64,000 nt of DNA from Hydrolagus colliei. Its lineage: Eukaryota. This document shows, in pieces, positions 53,901 through 64,000 of this stretch (its first letter is position 1; each line of letters begins with the position of its first letter). The stretch spans positions 71,114,001 through 71,178,000 of the forward strand of contig CM068744.1 of the NCBI GenBank assembly GCA_035084275.1. The letters are read 5' to 3'. The notes under the pieces are model-generated. The model did no database searches. It was not told the DNA's origin and saw nothing but the letters and a program-made list of their open reading frames with translations. The translations under genes were made by a program, and so were the position numbers.

Positions 53901-55858
53901 CCCTAAACTCTATACCTTCTAGCTGCTGCTTTAGGAGCTTTTGCAACTCCTTCTGCAGTCTCTCTCTTTCCCGGTTCGTGGCCTTTGCCAATTGAACCCC
54001 TTTTCGGACAAAGAATTCTTTGATTCGACTCTTCACCATTTCCCACCATTCTGTAGAGGAGTCACAGAAGTCCCTCAAGGTTTTCCACCCTTGGTACTCC
54101 TTCCGCAACTCCTCTACATTCTTACGGGTCAAAAGCTTTACGTTCAGCTTCCACGTCCCTCGACCCCTCCTCGTGCTTCCGTGAACTAGTAAGTTCGTCA
54201 GCAGGAGGCGATGGTCGGTAAGGGACGCCGGCCTCGCTTCAGTCTTAGTCACTTCTAGTCTTCTCGATACGAATAGAAAATCTATTCGTGAGAAGACCGA
54301 CCCACTGGGGTTAGAATAGGTGAATCGTTTGGGGGCCCCATCATCTGGAGCCTTGAAAACGTCACACAAACGTCCATCTGCAACCACTTTTTGAAGCAGC
54401 TTGGACGCAGCCCCTAACTCCCCATCAGATCTGTTTGATCTCCCGTCTCTCTCCAGAATACAGTTAAAATCTCCTCCCAGGATGACTGGTTTGGGTGTAA
54501 GCAGCCAGGGAGGTAGCATCCGGAAAAGGGCCACCCGGTCCTTCCTCTTTGCTGGAACGTACACATTAATGAGCCTAATTGGGGCTTCATTGTACGTCAC
54601 ATCCACCACAAGGATTCTGCCCCCCACCACCTCCTTATAGTCGGTGATGGTGAGGTTTTTCCCTCTCCGTAGGACCGCCACACCCGATGCCTGGGTGTCA
54701 TTTCCCCCTGACCACACAGATGGTCCGTAGGGGTCCCACCGCTTTGCCCAAGTTCTGTAACTATTGGGAGTGTGGAATCCAGCACTCCTGCAGAAACAGA
54801 ATATCGGCCTTGACTCTGGACAGGCACTGAAGCGTCGCTACGCAGCGCTTGGAATTTTTAACGCTCTTAACGTTCAGGGAACCTATCCGCAGTGCCATTT
54901 ACATAGTTTATACTTGCCCATTTACCCCCTCTTCCATCTGCTCCAGTCCTTTACCATCTCCATCTCCTCCGGGATTGTTTCCCGTCTTGGTCGTGTTGTT
55001 GGTCCTCTTTTCCGTCTCCTGCCCCGGCGGTGTCTTTCCTGATTCGGGTCCAGCTCCTGGAGTCCTTCCAAGTTCCTCTCCTTTTGCTGTCTCTTTAGTT
55101 GCTTTATTTGAGGTTTTTTCCACTACCTCCACCACCTCCATTAGCTGCCTCTTTTTGGGGGGGGGCAGGGGATCCATCCTCCTTTCCCCCTCCTTTCTCC
55201 CTCCTCTTTCCTCTGTCACTGTCGCTATCATAGCCGCTTCTTTTGGGTTGTATCCCCTTTTTTATCCAGCTATGTTTTCCGGCTACCTGCCAGGTTTCTT
55301 TGTCCCGTTTGGAATTGTCCAAAGTGTCCATTTCCTCCCCACTGGTGCGTCCTGACTCACACTCCCTCCTCTCCAAAGGTATCTCGACCACCCCCAAAAT
55401 TTCCCCACCCAGTTCCTCGTCCTGTCCTTTCCCTTCCCCCGGCTCCATTCTCCCTTCCTGTCTTCCAACCTCCCGGCTTTGCGTTATTTTAAACCCCCTT
55501 CTTTGTGGGCACGTGCGGTAGAGATGACCTGTTTCTCCACATAGGTCACATCTCTTACCCAACGTGCACTCTTTTGCCACATGTCCCAGTACCTTGCAGT
55601 TCCAGCACATTGTTTGTGTGCAGGCTGCCACATAGTGCCACACTTGCCCACATCTTAGGCATGCTCGGGGTTGTCCAGGGTAAAAGATAGTTCCCCTGAA
55701 GCTCCCAATGGTCAAACGGGAGGGGATATGAACTACATTACCCTCTCCTTTCCTCCCCAACTTCAAAAGGACTTCCCATTCGGATGTCCAGATACCGTCT
55801 TCCAGTATTTTGGAGATCGACTGGATCTCCTCACATTGCCTTCCCAGATATACCGTGA
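50966..55858 (-). mobile_element. Tx1-clade (L1-like) non-LTR retrotransposon, 5'-truncated: ORF1 with 3 CCHC knuckles, ORF2 EN-RT-zinc finger, disrupted
   Basis: ORF1 knuckles CLRCGQVWHYVAAC, CWNCKVLGHVAKEC, CDLCGETGHLYRTC. ORF2 starts near 54898 with GGDFNC, SRID, TDH, GVRQGCPLSP, YMDD and C-terminal CPREGC..HLFLHC. A-rich 3' tail at 50966. 13-bp TSD TTGTGTTGC(C/T)TCC (50953-50965 / 55859-55871). Absent from units 1 and 2. Confidence 0.93.
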
Positions 55859-58198
55859 TTGTGTTGCTTCCTGTGTTGCTTCTCTTGTGTCTTGTGTCTT
55901 TACCATCAACCTTCCTATTTTTAAGCAGCTTTTGCAATTGGAACAGGACATGGACCCCCTAAGAATCCATTAATTGACCTTTGTCCAACTAACTGCCAAA
56001 CTCTTTGATCAACTTCAAAGACATGCGTCTTTCTTAGCTTTTGTCCCTTAGATCTCCATCAACCCTTTGTACCTTACCCCCATCACAACCTTGTCCTCCA
56101 TATCAGTGGTTCTGCACTTCCTCCATATCAATGGTTCTGGTCACTCTAATTACCTTGTCCACCATATTGTCTTTCATGGCATGCTGTCCCTTATTCCACT
56201 GCCATCTGCCTTCCCTCCTTATCTTATTTTCCAGAGGTGTCTTATTTCACGACTTTTCCAGACCTTGAGGAGATGTGTTTTTTGCAGAAATCTACATCAG
56301 TGACGAGAGCACGTCCCTCGCAAATCAGAGATGTGGTTTCAACTTCCAGCAAGGCAAAACTTTCGGCAAGTTTCCTTACTTTGCATGCCTCAACGTTAAA
56401 AAAAATCATAAATTTGCCACTTCAATCCACGACTGTTTGTGGGACGCTGCTATGCACAATTGGCAGCCGCATTTCTCCCACAAATTTAGTCAATTTACTT
56501 GACTAAATGATAGTTTGACATTGGCAGAAATGCTGTGCTGAATGTTCTACTAGAGCAAGTTTGTCCGTGTTTGGGGGATGGGTTGATTGGCTCAGAAAGC
56601 CTATTGAGAGAGTTGGTACAAGCTCCAGTATTCTGGATGGCTTTTAGTTTGAGTAAGGAGATGCTGGGAAGTCCAGTGAGTGAGCTGGATGTGAATAAAC
56701 AGAGAATTCTTTCAGTATGGAGGATTTTCATGTACACTATTTAGACTGAGATCTGTCCACAGTGTTGCATATTGCTGTCATGCTGTGTTATTCAGGGAAT
56801 GAAGAGACTATTAGTGAACAGCTCCCAGAAGGTGGATTCCCTGAAGCTGGTTATGGTGATGCAGGAAGAGACATGACTGGATCTCAACACATCATAGCAA
56901 TAATCATAAAAAGTTACTTACAACCAAGAGATAATCACTGTAGAGTCTATTCTCAGAAGTCTTTGTTATTCCCCAAAGCAGTTGACTATCTCTCTGCAAT
57001 TCCTCCCTCCAGGGGCTGCAGATAATCCAGAACTCTGTGGCCTTTGTCCCCTACCATTCCAAACTCCATGACCCCATCTCCCCCATCCTCGGCCGATTCC
57101 ATTGGCTCCCCATCATCCAGAGGATCCGATTCCTGGCCCTCATATTTAAAGCCCTCCACAAACTTGCCCCCACCCTACATCCATGACCTTCTTTTCCCCT
57201 TAACAACCTGCCCACCTCTCCGCTCAGCAGGCTCTGGCTTGCCCCACATTCCCCAACTCACCCATCCTACCTTTGCCTGGTGAGGCTTCAGCCACTCTGC
57301 CCCCAACCTCTAGAAATCCATCCTGCAGTCCCTCCATCTCGCCCCCTTCCTGGCCCCTTTCAAGTCTCGCCTCAAGCTTCTCGTGTTCGATGGATCCATC
57401 GGCAACTCCTAATCCCCCCTTCCGTTCGTCCCATGTACTCAGCTCACGTCTGAAGCACTGACTGTCCAGCACTTTGGAATACCCTTCTGACAACAGGGTT
57501 ATTCCCCAGTAGGAAAATGACATACAACTAGAAGGTGGTTTGATGCAACACCCTTTTATTTCATTGTAAGAATATATTCCCAGCAGTTTGGAAAACATAG
57601 GCAGAAACAATCAATATCTTTGATTCCAGCAAAAGAAAAATGTGTTTGGAGAGAACTTTTTAATAGGAGCACACAATACAATAGATTCTATTTTTAATCA
57701 TAGACTTGGAATCCATTTGAGATACGTCACTTTCGGAAAGATGTACTGATGTTGAAGTGTAGTGCTGTACATATACAGCCAAATGGTACCTTGTCAGAAT
57801 GCATCAAATTACGGGGACTGGTTGGGCCAATTTATACTTTATCACTTCAGATGACAAAAGTTGAGCAGAAATTGTTTGAGAAGTTTAAAATACTTAAGAT
57901 AATTTAGAACATTCTTTATGAATGTGACAAACTGTCAAATTCTGGGTGTTCTAAATGCTAAGCAAATTGAGTAACCCAACACCCAGTGAAATGTGTATCC
58001 CAATGTTTCCCGATTGTGTGGTTGGAAACCAAGTGGTGATCAAATGATTTAATCTGTGAAGTGACTGATACATCTATTGAGAAAGACAGGTCGAATATTT
58101 AATGCTCCATTGACAGAATTAGTGTAAGTTACTAACTAAAGTGGCAGAACAGATTGAAGCATATCCTACAATTTTATACATGCAAGGTAGAAGAATCT

Positions 58199-60920
58199 TC
58201 AGAGTTTACTTTTGAAGGAAAGCAATTTCTGGCATTCCAAGGTTTTCATACAAATACAGAGGAGCTTCCTAAAGGATCGCTTGTCGGCTTCCAAGTCACT
58301 TGCAAACTCTTTAAATTTTTCTTCAAATTCAGAATTTATGAACATCTGACGGTAAAGCCTACAAAAAAAAACGAAGAGATATTTCAACATTTTTCTTCCC
58401 ATCGCTGTTCCTGTAATATTCCCTGATTCCTGGTAAGAAGCAGCAGCACGATTGATAGATGGTTTGTACTGATGTAGCTGAACTGAGCTGCAACATTAGA
58501 GATGGTGTTTATAATAATCCGCAGTACAGTGTGGCTACAGAACGTGAAACAAACCAATGGTCCTGCTTCTAATCACAATCCTGGATGTGTGAATATCCAA
58601 AATGTATTTAGTTGTATCTATGTGTTGGAAAAGCTTAGCCTTGCTCTCTCTTTCTCACTCTGCTTTCAAAACTTCTTAAACTAAAGTACTACTGTATTTT
58701 TAAAAATACGTTTCATTTATTCAATCACCTTCCACTAACTCATGGCCATTCATCCTCTATGTGTCTGCCATCCAGCTCCCAATTTTTCCCCACAAAAAAC
58801 ATTAGGACATTCTCCAGAGTGAAAGATCTTCTAGATGTGCAGAATGTTGTTGCTGGTTGATAAGATAGCAACAGCGTAGACTGGGCTGTTTTGTCAAGAT
58901 ATTAATACTGTATAATCATGCAGATCACTCATGGCCTTAAACAGACTAACCTTGAATAAAGACCGAAAGGAGGCTGGTTGAGTAGCTGAACTTTGTGATC
59001 AATTGGTTTTGGTGGATCACTGATAGAAGGATCGAGATAGAGACTGACAGAGAACTTCTTTACAATGTAATCCTCATTATTCCATTGTAGAACAACAGTA
59101 GGTGGATGGATAGGAAGTGCTATACCTGAAAATAAAGCTAAACATTTACATATGTTTGTTGCTCATCACCTAAGAATGCACTCACTGGTTCGGTCCTTTA
59201 CAATATGGTACAAATAAAGTAAAACAACAATAAGGTAAAGTAATAAAAATAATAATCCTTGCATTTGATGTAGCGCTCCTCATGTCTTCTCAACATCTGA
59301 AAATGCTTCACAGAATATACAGTATAGTGAATTGACTATATATGTAGGCTAAACACATACATGAGAGATAAGGCAATATGAGGTATAGCAAAGAGTATTA
59401 GAGCGTATGGGAGAGGGAATGAAAGGATGTGGGATCGGTAATTAGGGGGGTGGTGACTCGGGTGATACATGAACCGTGTGTCCAAACGTGCTTTTGAGCT
59501 CCTGAAGACAAGCGGAATAGAGGTATTCTTCAGCCTGTTTGTGAACTTCAGGACTATGGCGATGAAATACAAACAATTATTTGGTAGGGCAATGACCAGG
59601 AAACAGATGCTTCACACTTTCTTATTACATCGGAGGAACATTTACTCTTACCAGCATCATTGGCACCGTCTGCATATTCCATAAGTAGTTTCTGTCCAGT
59701 CTGAGCTGCACTCAACAAATCCATTTCATTAATACGTGTTGCAACAAGCTTGAGTGCAGAAAATCTTTGCTCTTCATAAGTCTGAGGTAGCAAGAATAGA
59801 TGTTGTTCAGATTGCATCACTAAAAACAACAAGGTTTTGGCACACATCAAGTCCTCTTACACAAGATGGCACAATTGTGATACTCACTGAATATGGAACT
59901 CAAAATCAGTCAGAATATGAATCTTTGCAGTTGATATGCTGCCTTATCGTTCGGTTAAACAACTCCAAGTGCAACTCAGAATATACTGTAGATTTGGGTG
60001 ATTGTGTGTATTTTGTGGAAATGAAGCAGCAAATTTGTTCACAATGAGTCACCAATTTTATTTGAGCAACTGTTACTCAAAACACCAGGAGTATTTTGTT
60101 CAACTTTTGAATAGCACCATGGGATCTACTAAGATTTATTGTCCATCTGGACACACATATAGTACCTTGGATTAAAATCTCATTTGAAGCATGGTACCTT
60201 CCACATTCCACAGCACCACACTGCAGCATCAGTAAAGATTATATAGGTTTCAAGTCTGAGCATTTTTCTGTTTCAATTGACATTATGGATGCTTAATTGT
60301 TTATCTTTCCACCAATCAAATGATCAGCTCAGGCACAGGACAGATAATATGTCTTTGATCAATGTTGAAATGTTATTTCAGAACTATTGATAATCTACTT
60401 TAAGTATGATTGAAATATATTCACATAGAAAAAAACATGGTAGTATTTCTGGTTGAGTCTGGTAGTACAGTAGTTGAGAGAGGATGGAGTGACAGTTTTG
60501 AAAATATGGAGGGAGAAATCAGTAGGGGTCGGAGTGTGCGGTCAAGATGGAGAGAGCGTGACATTTGGGAAGGCTGAGAAAGTTGAACGGACCTTGTAGA
60601 TTTTGGACTCAAAGAAATCCAGCATGTCCTCACAGTCAGAGTTTGTGGAGAGAGAGAATGGGCGAGGCATAGAAAGGTGAATTGAAGAGCCGGTTGATTG
60701 TATAGAATAGGAATGAAAGGAGGAATGTTAAAGTGAAGGGAATGAGCCATAGAAGTGAGGGGTAGATCATGACATTCTCCTAAGGGAAACATGCAATATC
60801 AAATGCAAGGATTATTATGAAAAATGATTATTTTACTTACCTCATACTTTGTGATCAGATCAGGTGTAGGGCAGTAAGTTTGCTTGCAGGATTCTGTGAG
60901 TCTCTGATTTGCTCCTGTTC
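58199..60920 (-). pseudogene. Diverged SOUL/HEBP2-like paralog D, probable pseudogene. Exon 1 remnant 60841-60920, exon 2 59652-59781, exon 3 58951-59125, exon 4 58199-58358
   Basis: Splice sites are retained and exons 2-3 are open. A ~387 bp deletion (equivalent to 1459-1845) removes the TATA box, ATG and most of the signal peptide. A net 7-nt deletion frameshifts the end of exon 4. Confidence 0.8.
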
Positions 60921-63490
60921 ATTGTTATTACTGTATTATTATTGTTCAAATTTAATTTAGTTGTTGTTGAGCTATAAGTAAATATTTTCAGGACCATAAT
61001 ACGAAGGAGGTTCTGATTTTATCAAAAATGCTCAACATTAAATTGTGGGCAAAGATCTTAACAATAATAATAGTAATTTTTTCCTCGGTCCCAATTTTCC
61101 TCAAAACTTGCTTGATAAAATGGCATGGCTTGAAAAATGATATATCTGTCCTATCTGTGTTCCAAATTCTGTTCGGTGACATTTATTTAGCACTGGCCTG
61201 ATCAAAGACTCGATAACTGTATACCACAATCTGTCAATGTACCAAGTTGGGTCTTTTCTGTCTGTCTACATTTATCTAATATTGAATTTGGATCTCCTGT
61301 AATGCATACCATAGCACTCGTAGTGGCTCTGAGAACCCTTCCAATATACCTTCCAAAATATTTAATTTGCAGCGGTAATACATTAAACACTTGAGTTGTG
61401 AGTGTCATCATTAGTAACCGCCTCTGATCTCACTCATCACAGTTGTTTTGTATGGCTAACCATGAAACTTCGTTAAAATGTTTGTTAGCAAGCCTTCAGC
61501 CTCTCTGTCCCCAGCCTTTGGAATTCCATTTCACAATCCTTCCACCTGGCCCCTCCCTAGTCTTCTTCAAGTCCCGCCTCAAGACCCTCCTCTTCAACCA
61601 TGCCATTCGTCATCCCGCTAACCCCCCTTCCCACCGTCCTCCCGAATCCTGACCCCAGCTCCGATCAACATCACTGAGATCACTTTGGATATTCTTCCAA
61701 GATGAAAGACGCGATGTAAATACCATTTTATTTTTGTATCAAATACCAGGATTATTAATATCAAAAGGTAGTTGTACCTCAATATTGTCTACCTCTCTTC
61801 CATTGTGAAATTCCACATATATGTACAGTATTATATGGCACACTGGAAAAAACCATCAATTATCCTCATCGTCTTCATTTTGATTTCCACCTGAAGGATA
61901 ATTATCCTAATTTGTATTTACACAAACTCACCTCACTGTTTGGTTGTGGACTTTGCAAATGTACCAAAGGAAACGCTTATATTGCATGCCCAACAACTCT
62001 TCACTCAGAGGGTAGTGAATTTATGGTATTCACTACCCCAGAAGGCTGTAGATGCTCAGTCCTTGAACATTTTCAAAGCTGAGACTGATAGATTTTTGAA
62101 AAATAGAGGGATTATTGGATATTGGGATAGGGCAGGTAATTAGAGTTAGGTGAGAAGATCAGCCATGATCTTATTGAATGGCGGGGCAGGCTCAAAGGGC
62201 CAAATAGCCTACTCCTGCTCATAATTCTTATGTTCTTATGTTCAACCAAGAACAACATAAGAAATACTGCACAAAAGCACATCATATACTCCATCTGGTT
62301 CACCCTTAATCTTCCTGGAGGTCGCATGCACATATGTCACAAACTACCTATACCGTATAGATATATATATACATACCGTAATTATATTTCCTAAAGAAAA
62401 CAATTGAATCTATGTTTGGAAGAATCAACACTATCTGTTTCAACCATATCCTTGGAGCTTGTTCCCCAGGTTCACTATAAACTCACTGAATCAGTGTTTC
62501 TGTAGAGTCATTCTGAATTTCAATCATAGGCCATGCCCTCTAGTTCTTCTATTCTGGACAAGCAAAAACAGCTTGTCATGATATATATTGTCTTTCCCCC
62601 TTCGAATCTTAAAGATAACAAACGTCTCGCCTTTCAATCTTCTATTTTCCTGCTTGAACATTCCCAATTTACTTTGACGCTCCTCAAAGACCAGTCCTTC
62701 CATTCCCTCAATCACTTTGGTTGAACTCTTTATATTCTCAATTTCTCCAATATAATTTTCATACTGTGGCAAGCAGAATGTTTAAGTAGTCCAGATATGG
62801 TCTCAATAATGGCAGTGGCACTTTTTGGACTTGCTATTGATCTTTTGATGCAACACAACATCTGGTTTGCTTTATTCACTGCCACAGAGCATATGGGAGA
62901 GCTTGAATTTTATAGCCAATCAGGACTCCTAGATCCCTTTCATTTCCAAACAAGAAGAACTTTGGACACACATCGGGTGAGCCACAAGTTTAAACTTTAT
63001 TGGGACTTGCTATCATTGAATAGGCATGAGCATAAATTATAGATTTTAGTCTATGCTGTATAATTATCAAATTCTTGGGTTAACATTCGTTATTTTCCAG
63101 TCCCCCAGGTATGACTCCAGGAATTACAGATCTCCTGAATAACAACTATTTAATTTCATATTTCCATGGTGGTTCTCGGCTGTATCCCGCCAGGCCTGTT
63201 ACCTTAAGATATTCAAATCTTTGAGTTTAATATTCACTTTAGCCAAACATGGACAAACCTGCCTGGGTGGTGGAGCAGTCAGCACAGCATTTCTGTCTAT
63301 GCAAACTTCATTATGATCAGTGACACACTATGATCTGCTTTTCCTATTTCAGGTGCTGACTGGATGGGTCCTGGTACAGAAAGTCTGGAGTCTCAAGTCA
63401 AACTTAAAAACAGATACATTTTAGGAGTGCTGTGGGGAGGCTCTTCAAACTCATGTCAGATATTATATAGATATTACCGGTCTCAACTGA
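59539..63490. repeat. Diverged partial unit 4 (homologous to ~1-3908)
   Basis: Collinear but with many substitutions and indels; homology is lost after CTCAACTGA at ~63490. Confidence 0.85.
61995..62242 (+). mobile_element. CR1 3' end present only in unit 4
   Basis: Encodes FTQRVVNLWYSLPQKAVDA, followed by a 3' UTR ending (TTCTTATG)n. Confidence 0.8.
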
Positions 63491-63846
63491 GTGGGAATGA
63501 GAGAGTTTTGGAGAGGGGATTACAGGAGTGGTGACATGTGGGAAATATTAAATAAGTGTACGAACATCATTTTGAGGTCTGGAAGACAACCAACATACAG
63601 GTTTCTTTCAGTCCATTTGTGAAGTGCAAGACTGTCATGATGAAGTTGAGAACGTATCCACAGTGTGTGTATCTCAACAACAAAGTACAATAATATGATA
63701 CAGTATTTGTGTAATGCCTTTTACGTCGTGAGGATGTCCCAAGGTGCTGGACTTACAATCTGTTTGCAAGTCTATGGTATAAAGCTCACTGGTTAGAGTG
63801 GCACCAGGCAGAGACACTTCTTTGGAGAAAAGAGCAACATTCTTTT

Positions 63847-64000
63847 ATAGATAGGCGTTTTTGTGAACGGAAACGTGAATCTCGGAAGGTGTGTTGCCTA
63901 CCAGGTGCCAGGGTTGAAGACTTGACTGAGCGGGTACATGAAATTCTGCTAGGGGAAGGGGAAAATCCACTTGTGGTGGTCCATGTTGGGACCCATGAAG
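63847..64000 (+). mobile_element. Independent insertion of the same CR1 family (ORF1 part, runs off the window)
   Basis: Encodes IDRRFCERKRESRKVCCLPGARVEDLTERVHEILLGEGENPLVVVHVGTHE; near-identical to the CR1 sequence from 9212 on, but with a different left flank. Confidence 0.9.

Larger units (their letters stand above)
37759..59538. repeat. Tandem segmental duplication, unit 3 (no young CR1; hAT and Tx1 insertions; several deletions)
   Basis: Collinear with unit 1 apart from indels; identity drops sharply after ~58200. Confidence 0.92.

Noticed and set aside
59469-60047. Plus-strand ORFs of 71 and 97 aa
   Set aside because: Antisense to exon 2 and introns of paralog D; interrupted by stops in the other units.
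1-64000. Prokaryotic systems (CRISPR arrays, retrons, operons)
   Set aside because: The DNA is vertebrate-like and intron-containing; all RTs are CR1, L2 or Tx1 type, and there is no repeat-spacer array.

Overview
Eukaryotic, repeat-rich vertebrate DNA, most likely from a cartilaginous fish, judging by its tRNA/Deu-type SINEs, CR1, L2, Tx1 and Penelope relics. The window is a tandem array of an ~18.9 kb unit: units 1 (1-18876) and 2 (18877-37758) are nearly identical, unit 3 (37759-~59540) is slightly diverged and carries different TE insertions, and a more diverged partial unit 4 runs to ~63490. The main biological content is not visible as one ORF. It is a 4-exon minus-strand gene for a 198-aa, signal-peptide-bearing, highly divergent SOUL/HEBP2-family (heme-binding-fold) protein. 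There are two intact copies (17511-20386 and 36393-39268), one copy cut by the window edge (122-1510), one diverged pseudogene (58199-60920) and inverted 3'-end relics of a further paralog. Between paralogs, exons have diverged more than introns and almost entirely by amino-acid changes, which suggests a rapidly evolving secreted gene family. The family assignment comes from motif recognition, not a database search.
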